Shown here: positions 50,286 through 62,629 of the stretch, piece by piece
Layout of the letters: every line of letters starts with the position of its first letter
How positions within the stretch are numbered: position 1 is the stretch's first letter
Source of the DNA: Lama guanicoe
Lineage: Eukaryota
NCBI GenBank assembly: GCA_013239625.1
Contig: MU053487.1
Location: 372,001-436,000, forward strand
Direction of reading: 5' to 3'
DNA: 64,000 nucleotides
Program-made: the position numbers and the translations under genes
The notes under the pieces: model-generated
What the model was told of the DNA's origin: nothing
The model's database searches: none
What the model saw: only the letters and a program-made list of their open reading frames with translations

Positions 50286-51845
50286 AAAATAAATTTAAAA
50301 ATATATAACACAACATGTGTACATACATATACACACTCACACAAAATATATATGTTAACATCATGTCTTTCATGCACATAAAATGATGAAGAATTTACTC
50401 AAATAAAAATTTTGTTAACCCCGGAAGTAGAAAGTGAATGCATAAATAAGTAAACAAAATGCATATTTTAGACAACCTTATTACCTAAGAACAATTGGTA
50501 CTAGAAATAATCTGCATGGTAAGAGAGACAGCCAGATGTGACGAGGCTTATGATAACTGAACACACCAGTACCTATGAAGGAGTCTCACTCCTTCTGCCG
50601 TCACCCACCAAAAATCTGATCAAGCTTCTAGATCCTACTACCAATGTACAGGCTATAAAGACAGAGCACATTAAACCACACCACAGGAAAAGAATCACTA
50701 ATATCAAGATATGGCAAAATCAGGACAAACTACCCAGCTTATTCAATAAATAAAATACAAGGAAAAAAAGTGTTGGGGGTAAACAAAGGTTTAAAAACAC
50801 TTAGTAATATGTATCAACTAATTGCTGGACTTTACCTGTATACTGACTCAAACAAACAGTTAAAAATATATACATACTTATGGCATTTATAAAACAGTAT
50901 GACATTTATGAAAATCTGAACCCTAACTAGGTATCTGATATTGTAGAATTATTTGCAAAAAAATTTAAGGTGTGATGATTATACTGTTCTTGTGATTAAA
51001 AAAAAAATTTTTTTCCCTTAGAAATATATTGAATAATTACAGGTAAAATGTTATGACTTAGATCGGCTTGAAAATAATACAGGACAAGAGTAAGTAGGTA
51101 AGGTTGTAACAAGCAAAACTGGCCACAAGTTAATTACTGAAGCTGGGTAACAGGTACATGAAGGTTCATTTTACTATCCTGTCTACTTTACTGTATGTTT
51201 GAAATTTTCCATAATAAAAAGTTAGAAAAATAATTTCAGGTAATCCCCTTAAAAAAGGGACAAAAAATTCATTACAAAAAGGAAATTTAATCGGAATAAT
51301 ATCTTTAGTAAAAATGTGTTAAAGAAAAAAAGTACCTTTGGGAAAAAATGTCCTGATACACTAGGCTCTTTACTCATCTGACTGATGCTGCTTTACTCAG
51401 ATATTCTTGGTCTTCTTTTTATTTGACTAGGTTGTAAGGGTAGTGACTGATTCTTACACAGCTTTCTATTATCCAGTATCTTGTTCAGTACCTTTCAACA
51501 GCAGGTACTCAAAAAATACGTACTTAATGAATGGATTAATTTTTTTTTACTAAATCCTTGCTCAAGCATCTTCTTAATAATGACTATTACTACCTGGTAT
51601 CATAAGATAATTACCTGAAGATGGTATTTAGTTACATAGTAAATAATATGTAAATAATACAAGAGCATATAATGAAATAGTATCCAAAAAATTATAGGAT
51701 CTTAATTTTTAAAACAGTAATAATATATATCCTTTGCATCTTTAGAATATTAAAACATTCCAGAAAAACTGAACCTATTTTCAATAAGCACATGAAATTA
51801 AAACCTTCAAAACCAGGGCAAAAAAATAAATTTAGCAAGACTTAC

Positions 51846-51943
51846 CTAGCAGGAGGAATTCCTCTCTTACACAGGTCCACTCTCACTTTCTCTCCCACAT
51901 GTCTATAAATCTCCACTATTGCCAATATTGCAGCATCTCTAAC
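51846..51943 (-). CDS. CLASP2: CLASP2-alpha exon 6 (98 nt, phase 0/2): VRDAAILAIVEIYRHVGEKVRVDLCKRGIPPA(R)
   Basis: tttggcag|GTTAGAGAT...CCTGCTAG|gtaagt; open frame. Confidence 0.96.
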
Positions 51944-52311
51944 CTGCCAAAAAATTCAGAACTTAAAAAAAAACCTTACATGAGATACAATAAAATACTT
52001 CACCTCAAGGTACCATTACATTAGCAGACCAACTTGGAAGCTCCACCTTAGTTTTAAAGCCTCTAAATCCCTGGGAGATTATGGCAGGTCATTAACAAAA
52101 ACTAAGAGGACCTGCCAAGAAACCTCTAGAGAAACCTCGTAAAAGTTTCACAGAAATCTAAGAAACATGTAAATAAATGTGGTCTTTGAAAATCTTCTAT
52201 TGGTAATAAGACTATAAAAAGAACTGGTAATATAATTTATGAATACAAATCATTATCATGGTTAATGTATTTTCCTGGAATAAAACTGCCTTTCAAGAAT
52301 GTGGCCTGAAT

Positions 52312-52818
52312 TCAAACAGATAATCATACACCAATGTTTATAGCATCATTAATCACAATAGCCAGAAGATGAAAACAACCCAAATGTCCATCTGTGGATA
52401 AACAGATAAGTAAGATGCAGTGTATACACACAATGGAATATTATTCAGCCTTAAAAAAGAAAGAAAGGGAATTCTGACATGCTATAGCATGGATGAACCT
52501 TGAACACATTATGCTAAGTGAAATATGCCAGATACAAAAGGACTAATATTGTATGGTTCCACTTTTATGAGTAATCAAATTCATATGGAGAGAAAGTAAA
52601 ATGTGGCTGCCAGGATCTGAAGGGTTTTGGAGAATGAGGAGTTATTATTTAATGGGTAGAGTTTCAGCTTGGGAAGATGAAAAGTTCTGGAGATTGGGTG
52701 GTGGTGATGGCCTCACAACAGTGAGTACACTTAATGCCAATGAACTGTTTTCTTAAAAATGATGGAAATGGTACATTTTATGTTGTGAATATTTTAGCAC
52801 AATTAAAAGAAAAATAAA
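52312..52818 (+). mobile_element. L1MB-type 3' end
   Basis: ccaatgtttatagcatcattaatcacaatagccagaagatgaaaacaacccaaatgtccatc...gcatggatgaaccttgaacacattatgctaagtgaaa...gatgaaaagttctggagat. Confidence 0.8.
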
Positions 52819-53475
52819 TCTGAACTAAAGACTGGAATTTGGAAGACAGTTTTAGCTCCTTTGCATAGATCACTGTCAAAGGGCAAATGAAGAGACAGAA
52901 CTCTCTACAAATCTCCAGAGGCAGAGCTAGGGCCTAAAAGCAGGGAAATCCAGGGTTGTTCCCAAATCACAAGCTGTGCCAAAAGGGGTACAGCCAAGAC
53001 TCAACTCTACCAGGACAGACAAGATTCAGAACACACCCCCGTACTATTTGCAGCTCAATTAGTGAAACTTCTAACAAGTCACATAACACTGGACAAATAG
53101 GGTTATGACTTGCAAAAAGTTGTTTTATGCAGGAATGAAGACAGGAAGCTGACAATATGACCTCACAACTAGCTTTCAGGAGGACTACAGAAGGGAATCT
53201 AGGTTCTTTGTTAATCAAACTTTCAAACTCAAGAACTATCCTGTAAGTTCCATCTACTCTTAATACTAGCCAGGGAACTAACAATTTAAGCAACATATGT
53301 GAATATAATGTATTCTTAAAAATTAACTTTGGTGGATTTTGAAAGAAAAAATGAAGTAAATTTTGATTTAACCCCCTCAACCTCTTTCTTCTTTTTATAA
53401 GAATGGAATAAAAGAACTAGAAAAGAAAAGGTGGCCAAAAAAGTAGTCAATACTTGAATATAAATAAAATTTTAC

Positions 53476-53551
53476 CTGACTATTGGAATCTCCAAATAGG
53501 ATACACAAATGTGGTACCAACTTGCTGAGGACGAGTGGCTGAGCCCCAAAA
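53476..53551 (-). CDS. CLASP2: CLASP2-alpha exon 5 (76 nt, phase 2/0): FGAQPLVLSKLVPHLCILFGDSNSQ
   Basis: tatttag|TTTTGGGGCT...AATAGTCAG|gtaaaa; open frame. Confidence 0.96.
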
Positions 53552-54687
53552 CTAAATATAATTTGGGGGAGAAAAAAAAAGAGAGAATTTGATTATAATC
53601 AAACAGTCAACAAAATATCCTTATACTTTCTTCTTGTTGTATCAGTAAGACAAATATGGTGGAGATCATGGGCACACATCATTAAAACTTGAAGGAAATG
53701 AGACACAGCAAAAACTAATACTAAACAATGTGAAATATGCAAACTTGAATAATCATGACTGACAATGAAAACTGTCAACACATGATCCAACAGATCAAAA
53801 TATGCAACCAATGGCACTCTTAAACCTAGCAACCTATCAATCACTCAAGAAAATTTGAACTTTTGCATTAAGAGTGATTTTTTGAAGACTCTAGATCTCA
53901 AACAAATTTGCATTCCAATAAAATAAGTAAATCAAAGATCTTTATTTATGCTTATCAATATTTTGACGAGGTCATGGGTTGAAAGCAAATGACAAGAGAG
54001 CCAAAAATCACGAAAGTTGTGCAGACTGAATGCACTTACAAGCTCTAGATGGCAGAAAGGATCACAGAGGAGTAAAAGAAAATAAAATGAAAGCATAGTT
54101 AGAGAAAAGGAAGTAACACTACAGAAAAAATTGAAAGCTACTATATATTACCTATCTGTTGCATAGAATTTGAAAAAATAATCCAGAATGAGAACAAAAG
54201 CCCTAGTTTACAATTTCTTCAGACTGGAGTACAAAGCTCTGTGGCATCTATGCCGTCAGAGCTCTGCACACTGTTACCAGCTGCACTGTCACCAGCTGCA
54301 CTGTCTTGTTACCTGGGGAAGTCTTGTTTGGTCTATGATTCTGGTAACCACCTGCACTGCTCTAGAAAGCCTAGGGACAATTGGCACAAGGTGAAAATGG
54401 CTATACTACCTGAAATACCACTGATTTAAAAACAATTTCAAACTGGCTCCAGAACAGAAGTAGATTCTAAGTTATAACAGCATATTTGTTACATGACTAT
54501 CTATTTCCAGTGGCAACTATTAATACAGTAAAGAGGAAAAGAGAAACTCTTATCAATGACTAATAATTTTAAATTAACAATATGAAAGATACAAAATACA
54601 CATAAAAATTAACAGATAAAGGTATCAAAACAAAAACTCATGCTAGATATCAATTAATAATTATTTAAAATTTAAAATTTGTTATTT

Positions 54688-54734
54688 TCACACAACATTG
54701 TAAATTGATTATAAGTCAATAAAAAATGTTAAAA
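54688..54734 (+). mobile_element. Extremely 5'-truncated L1 tail (47 bp) with 14-bp TSD
   Basis: cacaacattgtaaattgattataagtcaataaaaaatgttaaaa matches the terminus of the 43.7-kb L1 tail; aaaatttgttattt at 54674-54687 and 54735-54748. Confidence 0.85.
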
Positions 54735-54840
54735 AAAATTTGTTATTTCCATAGCTTTCCTTGAGCTCTGTGAAATGGATTTTTTTTTTTGAAAAACGGA
54801 AAACATAAGGCAGTTTGTTTTCAGTAATCATGAAACTTAC

Positions 54841-54932
54841 ATGTTTAATGTTTCAATAAGACACAGACACACGCCTTCTCGAGATCGAAAATTCTTGTGC
54901 TTAAAACCAGAAGCCAACTGTTCCCAAATGTA
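54841..54932 (-). CDS. CLASP2: CLASP2-alpha exon 4 (92 nt, phase 0/2): YIWEQLASGFKHKNFRSREGVCLCLIETLN(I)
   Basis: caaatag|TACATTTGG...TTAAACAT|gtaagt; open frame. Confidence 0.96.
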
Positions 54933-55616
54933 CTATTTGAAAGAGAAGTAAACATGTATAATAAAAAATTAAATTATTCATGTTATAATCTTTTATCTTT
55001 TCTCAGCCATACTATTGTACTACAACCTTACTAGTAACTAAATTTTCCCAGGGACTGTTCACTTCTCTACAAGTTTTTCTAAGACATATTTGCACTGCTC
55101 TTACCCATTTTTAAATATCTCAATCATATTTTTAGTTTATTTTATATCTTTCACTTTAGATTTCAATTATTCTCAGAAAAACTATGTCTAAAACCTAAAA
55201 ACCTTAGAATTTTCAACAACACAGAATTTCTTCTAAACTTAGAAACCCTCAACAACAATGCCACCATTATAAGCCCAGTAGTACTGTAAGCATTTAAAGG
55301 TCCAATGTTGCCTAGCAACTAGTACAGACTATCACACGGATCACGCTTTTTCAACATTTTATAATTCAGATTCTTTTCCTTTTAACACTGGATCCAAATA
55401 CAGAAACATATTTGGGCAAGTCATTCTATTGCTAGTCACTATATTTTTTTTGGAAAAAACACAGATAACCTACATAAATAAATAATCGAAAACAATTATA
55501 TGGGTTTGTTATTTGAAGGAATGCAACTTTATCTTTCCAAATATATAGCCAATTGTCCCAATCCACCCTTTCTGCACATTTAGAAACATCACCCTTACCA
55601 TTTACTAAATTCATGT

Positions 55617-55638
55617 ACACACACACACACACACACAC
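55617..55638 (+). repeat. (AC)11 microsatellite
   Basis: Perfect dinucleotide run. Confidence 0.95.
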
Positions 55639-56662
55639 CGCTCCCCCACCTCTTTTGGGGCTTTATTCTCTCTGGGCTCTGTATTCAGTTCTACTAATAT
55701 AATTCTCTCTGTCAAACTTTCTGGAAGGTAACTTGAAGTTTACAAAAAAATCAGTCTTAAAAGGTGAATATTCTGATTAGCAACATCTCTGGAACTCTGT
55801 TGCATACTTATATTTCTGTCCAAAGATACCCACAAAAGGTGCCCCTTAAAACGCTCATTGTAATAACAACATGTCAAAAACAAGTTAAAATTTGAACTGC
55901 TAAGTAACTGTCAAAGGACTCCCATCAAACTATAAATAAGGACTTAGTTCTAGGATATAAAATATCTGGGAAATAGCTCATTTTTACAATTCAATACTCT
56001 GGATTTTTTTAATAAAATGTAATATAATTTTAAGCTGTATTTTAAATAACACACAATATCATTGTGTATATTGTAAATTCTGATTTTTTTCACTCAACAT
56101 GAGCTACTCTTTAAGTCTTTGTTTACAAGTCAATTTATTTTTGTCCCTCTTTTGAAACACCTCTGTAAGGACAATTTTTTTCTACTGTATTCAGAAAACA
56201 CAGGTCACTGTCATATATGTCTTATATAATTAGTAACCACCTGTTAAAATAAAAATATTTCTCCCTGTCTCTGTAAAGACTGCAGAAATTCACGTAACAT
56301 TTAGTAGTTTTCAAAATAAGTTTTCTCACTGAATACCATATAGTTTGCAGATAACAAAAACCAGAAAATCCTAACAAATAATATAATCAGTACATTATCA
56401 AATCACTTAAACCTAGGAGTTAGCTTTTATGAAAATGCATTAAGGAGTAGAAAATAAGAAAAAGAAAAGCAAAAAATGAAAAAGTTAGATATCGACATTT
56501 TATCTTAAATTTCAATTTCTTTAAAGCATTAGCAACAATTTATTGTTTAAAATTTCAGCTTTCATGTCCCTGGGGCTTTACTGACTTGCTGTGATTACCA
56601 ATTATCTTTACTGTTATTTCATCATTAATTAGCAAAATCTAAATTTTAAAATGCAGGCCTAC

Positions 56663-56766
56663 CATAGGTGGTGCTACTTGATCCATTAACTTCAATATCA
56701 GGGTCTGAGTTTCATCTCGAACCTTGTCTTTGGCATCTCCCATTCTGTCTATTAAAGCTACAATAA
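56663..56766 (-). CDS. CLASP2: CLASP2-alpha exon 3 (104 nt, phase 1/0): (V)IVALIDRMGDAKDKVRDETQTLILKLMDQVAPPM
   Basis: ttctctag|TTATTGTA...CCACCTATG|gtaggc; phase fits exons 2 and 4. Confidence 0.96.
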
Positions 56767-59700
56767 CTAGAGAAAGGAAGGGGGAAGAGAATAATATTTA
56801 GAATTCATCTCCAGTATAACCTGTATTTTACAAAACTACAAATGGTAGTTATTTCCACAAATGAAAAGTTATGAAGTAAGCAAATTGTTTTAAGTTCTTT
56901 ACTCATGAATCCAACAAAAAATAACTGAGAAGCAAGTTTCAAAAGAATACACACAGTATGACATTCACTTATAATAATGTTCAAGAAACAGGCAAAACTT
57001 AGTATTATTCTATTTAGAGACACGTATAAATGGTCAATCTCTACAGGCCAGCAAGGGAGTGATTATCCCTAAGGTCACAACAGTAGTTACCTCTGACAGA
57101 GGGTGGAAAGTGTCATCAGGAAATGCGGAGTTCTAGCTTTTTGATGGAGGCATAGGCAGTGTTAGTTTTATAATTATTCTTTAAATTGTACATGTTTGAT
57201 ATGGAAGACATATTATTCAACTGACAAAAACAAAAGCCTGGGTCCATGGGACTGAAGTCTTTCTCTACTCTGTCAAGACTTTGGCACTATTCCATGAAAG
57301 GAGACAGGTTATAGTCCTTTCTTGGAGAGTGTTCATTAAACAGGTTTCTGTAACTATAAATCAACAAAGCACCACAAAGAAATTACATCCTTTGAGGGTG
57401 GGAGGTGAAGGGTACAGGAAGGTGGGGCCAGAATTTGGAGGATACAGGTTCCCACAGGGCAAAAATATCTCATAGTCAAAATTATCTTTCTATAATTCCT
57501 TAAATTACCACTAGCACTTAGTGGGGTGTTACTATGTGTGTGATCACACAATTTAATCTTTTTGTCTTTATTTTCTCAACCCATGTCTGCAGCAGTACTC
57601 GCCTCAGAGACGACTGAAAGATAATACACGTAACAACTCAAAGAGTGAAGGACACTGGGCAAGCACCCAATGTGTCACCTACCACCCCCATAACTATCAT
57701 CAGCCTGCATGCTTAAAAGCAAAGAAATTAACTTCTTTAGTTTTTCCTTTGGTATTACAGCTATAGTCTTCCCTTCCCTGAGGCAATGGAGGCTCAGGCC
57801 TACTTTAAACAAGGGAAGGAGGAAGAAATCAGATCAAGAAACGGTTTTTTGTCTAGTTTATAGACACATACAATTAAAGGTGTGTGTAATTTGATGCAAA
57901 TGTATCCTACAGTATAACACTGTCTACTATATAACAACCAGAACTGATGTAATAATGATCAACAACATTTAAGGAAAGAAGAAACACATTCTTTTTGGAA
58001 GAAAATGCCGAAGAAGCCAATTATACAAAATGGAAAGTTTATCCAAAAATCTAAGCGTAATCAAGGAAATGATTGTATAAGAAAACAAAGTCCTTGCCAT
58101 AAAAATCATAAGCCTAATCATGAGGCAACTGACGTATCTGTCAGCTGAAACAATATAAATACTTCTCATTTGCTTAGATGTATTGTTAACACTAGAGAAA
58201 TTCACCTACATCTATAGCATTGGCTATTGGGGGATTCTGGTTTTGATAGCTTCTGAAAGGCAGAAGATAAACAGTAAACACTTGATAAATGTTAGATATT
58301 ATTATGTATTAAGCAGTGAATTATTTCCTTTAATCCTCGTAACAATTCTATGAAATAGAGTAGGCCCATTTGATAGAGAAGGACCAGAGGGATTAAATAC
58401 CTTGCCCAAGGTCACACAGAAAACAAGCGAAACCAGGATTTAAGTAATCTACACAATGTTAGGCATAACTACTTCCATTTACTTGCAATTGAGGTGTCTG
58501 GGTGTGTGTGTGGGTGTGCGTGCACGTATCCCAGGTAATAATAATGGGAAAAAAACTGATCTGTCATTCCTGAGAGGTGGATTTTAACTCCAAAAAGAAA
58601 ACAAAAAGTCTGGCCCAAACAAGGGCTCACTTCAATATAAAAACTAAAGTGTATAAACCATAAACAACAACAATAACAACAAAAACCTTACACTACATAA
58701 ACTTGGATTTACAGCTATTAAACAAAAAAATTCATATATTTTTTGCATCAGAATCCCTTTTTAACATATACATTCTTGGAGTCAAACAGAGTGAGATTTA
58801 TTTCTAGCTCTACTAGAAATACATTAATTATATGATATAGTAAACTTCTTTAATTGCAAAGTTTCCTTGTCTGTGAAATGAGGGATCCAGACCAATACCT
58901 CACATGGCTAGTGAGAGAATGAAGTAAAACTGGTAAAAAGCACCTGCACCAAGTCCATAATAAACATGCAAAAGTGTTAGCACTATGCCCTAAAGATCTG
59001 TATATAATGACCACTGAATTATCATTCAGCATGATGAACATGCAATAGATAATCACTGGGAATCCGAATCAGAGTTTTCACTCTGTAGACTCTCAAAAAG
59101 AATTTGTTAAACAAATAAATACATCTCTCATAGCCTGGAATTTGGACAGTGAAACATGGAAGAGGTTGGAAGCAGAGCTGTTGGCATATTTTATTCTCTT
59201 AGCATTGCACAAGATGCAAACCATTTTAAAAGATGCAGGACTGATGACCAGGCACCTGGACTGTTCTGATACCCTTTCCGTAGTACCATTTTGGATTGAA
59301 ACTATCTCTTCAAGATTTGTAAAATATGAGCTCCTTTATGGAATTCTGTTATCATAAAACCAGGATTGGTGATCAGTGTTAAATTTAAATTGTGTTTTTT
59401 GGGGGTTGAAAATGTAATTTTTCCATAGCACATATAGTCACAAAAGAAAATATTAATTTCTTATATTATAGAATTACGTTAATAGAGCCCATGTTCTTTT
59501 TGGTACTTTGTCTAAAACTGAACATGAATGTCAATTTTCTTAAAACCTCTCTTCACTTTTAATAAAAAAGATTAAAAAAATCTGTAATGATAGTTAATAA
59601 CCTCAGTGTGCCAAAAGAAAATAATACCACTCACATCAAATTACATGTATCTAATGATACATTATCAAAAAAACCTTCAGCACATAACTTCATTCAATTC

Positions 59701-60722
59701 AATTCCTTCCTTTTACAGAAAGGCTCCAAAAATTGTCTGGCTAAGGTCTAGAAGTAAAATAAAAAAGCTAACTTTGGGATTCTGAGCCTGGTACTGCATC
59801 TCTTAAAAGCACACAGATACACTATAGCCTATCTCGTAGAGCTGCTGTACAAATAAGAAACAGCTATTTGAGGGTAATCCTTCATATATGTAAGGTAGAT
59901 AAGCCCACTAAATGGGTAAAAAGTGCATATTCAATAAATGGTAGCAAAATTGTGAAATTTTCCTATTATATCACACTGACTCTCAAGTAATAAGTTCAAG
60001 TTTCACTGAGAACAATAATGAACACTCAGAGTTCAAAGAGAAAACAATACTAACAGCAAATGCAGACAGATAACCAGAAAGAAGAGGAGATTAAAAGATA
60101 AAAAACTACACATATAAGAATAGGCAGATATGTGGGAAACATGTATGAAAAACATTAACAGACAAAAGCAACTTAGTGTAATTTATTAAGTATTCACAGG
60201 TATAAGAATCATGGAGTAAAGAAAAAATTCAGTGTAGGATGAGAGTAACCTGAAAAGCTCCCAGATATTGAAATCAGAAGTAAATTGTTAAAAAGAGAAA
60301 GAAAGGAACATGGAGAAGGAGAGGATTTCAGGAAGAAGTAACAGCACAAAAGGGGCCTAAACAAGTTAAGCCAGAACTAATGAGAACGAGCAAGTTTCTG
60401 CTTAGCTAGAGTGGAGAGCGTTTACGGAGCATCATGAGTAAGTCAGGCTGCTGAGATGGAGAAGGCTCAGACGTGCTGAGAGGACCAAAGCACCAAGGAC
60501 AGCAGAACAGAAGTAAGTTCTGAAAGCAGGACAGTCCTGGGAGGCAGCAAACTAGGGCTCTGGCCCTAACACTCCTACTGCCTCAACATGAGCAGTGAGT
60601 ATGTCCATCAAACCCCACCTGTCCTCCTTGTATCTGAAGAGTAAGTGAGATATGTAATACCTAGAATTACTCTCCAGTCTAAAATACTGTCTGTAGCAAC
60701 TAATAATAGAGTTACCACAGGG

Positions 60723-61082
60723 CAGAGGTCACAAAACAAACACCTACAGTCAGGGAGGTAACAGAAATGCCAAAAATGAACCAGGTATAAGAACTGCAGT
60801 ATTCTAACCTCTGTGTGTTATAACCAAAATTCTCAGTTATGAGGAGACAAGAGGAGCTAGGAGGGACTCATGAATCGGAAAGCTCATGACCCAGACAAAA
60901 AGGAAGCTATGACACCGCTTCTGCCAATATTCACGTGTGGGAAGGCAAGATCAGGGTTGCCACATTGGCCAATTTTTCAAGACAAGCCACAAATATGAAT
61001 TTTTATATAAAACTTCCCAAACACTGATTCAAAATACACAAGCATGTGACACAGGTTTGCAGAGCACAGTTTTCAACATCTA
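60723..61082 (+). mobile_element. MER102-like hAT-Charlie element
   Basis: cagaggtcacaaaacaaacacctacag...gaggtaac...gttgccacattggccaatttttcaagacaagcca. Confidence 0.55.
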
Positions 61083-61561
61083 TCGTAAGATTTTGAGCAG
61101 GAGACTGACAGTAAAAAAAAATCATCTTTTCAGAAGATATGCATACAAAGATTGAACTGGAACCAGGTACTGATTAAAAAGGAAATAATAAAGATGGAGA
61201 AGGTCATTGGGATATTTCTGCTGAAAGGATAGCTAGACAATAAAAATAAAAGAAGAAACTGGCAGAATTTGGTGGCATAACTGAACATGGAGAAAAAAGA
61301 TGACTAAACAGAATTTGAACATAAGAGTGATGATACATTATGAGGCATTAACTTAATCTATAAAAGAAAATCACAAATATCTGAGGTTATCCTTAAATAC
61401 ATTTCTATACAGTAGGACAAATCCACTCACTAAAGCACTCCAAAGGGCACACGAAGGTCACTTAGGTTTAGAAAATAAGTCAACGCCAACTTTCTGCAAT
61501 CTAACAACCATACAAAGAACATTACACCAGTGTATCATTCTGGGCTGCAAAAACACTGTTA

Positions 61562-61838
61562 AGTGCTGCTCAAAGTAGGGCCAGCAGCCCAGGACTGTAG
61601 TCTACAGTCTACAAATGATTTGTTGTAACGAAATTGTGAGTTTTTATAAAATAAGACTTGAAAACAATCTGACCAAAATAATGTTACATTTGTTAAATCT
61701 AACTGAAAAATTGGGCCTTGCATTTTTTAATTTCATTTTGCTCTGATTTATTTGTATTGTATTTTATGAAATATTGGTCTATAATAGACTAGCAATGAAA
61801 AAACTGGTCCTTCACTACAGATAGTCTGAAAAGTACTG
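61562..61838 (+). mobile_element. hAT-Charlie-type MITE relic
   Basis: TIR-like agtgctgctcaaagt ... agtctgaaaagtactg; internal aactggtccttcactacagatagt; family not resolved. Confidence 0.45.
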
Positions 61839-62173
61839 CTGCAAATTATACTATAATTTATTAATATGTCACAAAAAAGTAAAAGAGATAGTAAAAAATT
61901 TAAAATACGAAGTAAAAATCTATTAGTATATTCAGCAAGTCTTTTGCTTTTGTTGGTTTTTTTTTTTTTTTTGTCTCAAAGGAAAAATACTTACTCAAAC
62001 AGGCTTAAAATCATTTATGTCTGGGCAAACTAAAATGCTAAGTAGCAGATCTCTGGGCTGCATTCATTTCCACAATTACAACTGCATTTACAGAAAACTA
62101 ATTCTGTTAAATACTATGAGAAAAAAGTCAGTATGTCAAACTGTACAATAATTTTAAAATAAAGTTAACTTAC

Positions 62174-62252
62174 CCATTGCTACATAGGACTTAAATCGTG
62201 TTGATAATCTGTCCACAAAGGCACTTAAAATTTCCAATCCCATTAATGACAC
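62174..62252 (-). CDS. CLASP2: CLASP2-alpha exon 2 (79 nt, phase 0/1): VSLMGLEILSAFVDRLSTRFKSYVAM, TOG1
   Basis: Minus strand ctgtag|GTGTCATTA...GCAATGG|gtaagt; open frame. Confidence 0.96.
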
Positions 62253-62629
62253 CTACAGAGAGAAAGAAATTGTAATGAATACAGATTACTGAGGCATACT
62301 TTAATATCAGCATATAATTGTTGACATATAAAGATCTTCATACTACCAAATTTTTTTAAAAAATAGGGAGATTGAAGTATTCAGGGTGAACAGTGGTGAG
62401 GTTAGGGCACCCTATTCTCAAATGGTGCAATAATAATAATAAACATAATAGTGTGCAGATGCAGGAAGATAGTGATAGAGCTTATGTGGCAAAATATTAA
62501 TACCTGGTAAGTTAGGTGAAGGGTACATAGAAGTTCACTGACTATACCTGAAGCTTTCCTATAATGCAGAAGTGCTTCTTAAATGAAGCTGTTAAGAAAA
62601 TTAAAAGAGCATCTTTAATTATAGAGGCA

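Larger units (their letters stand above)
1676..62252 (-). other. CLASP2: CLASP2 gene, partial (alpha exons 2-12 plus two alternative first exons); gene continues beyond both window edges
   Basis: 11 exons with GT-AG borders and matching phases translate without interruption from VSLMGLEILSAFVDRLSTRFKSY... to ...MATSGCAAIRFIIR, matching my recall of mammalian CLASP2. Exon numbering assumes one upstream coding exon outside the window. Confidence 0.97.

Noticed and set aside
52967..53380. 137-aa minus-strand ORF after exon 5
   Set aside because: TTG start, no recognisable domain, and exon 5 already splices in frame to exon 6.
56767..62173. Intronic U4atac snRNA, which is hosted in an early intron of CLASP1
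   Set aside because: I found no AACCATCCTTTTCTTGGGG-like sequence on either strand by eye; a covariance-model search would settle it.
1676..62252. Identity as the paralogue CLASP1
   Set aside because: The MAMGD and MRRLICKRICD first exons and the DKSFDDEESVDGNRPSSAASAFKVPAPK linker match CLASP2 as I recall it.
1676..62252. Minor-spliceosome or non-canonical introns
   Set aside because: All identified donors are U2-type GT sites, none has the GTATCCTT U12 signature on the gene strand, and all acceptors are AG.
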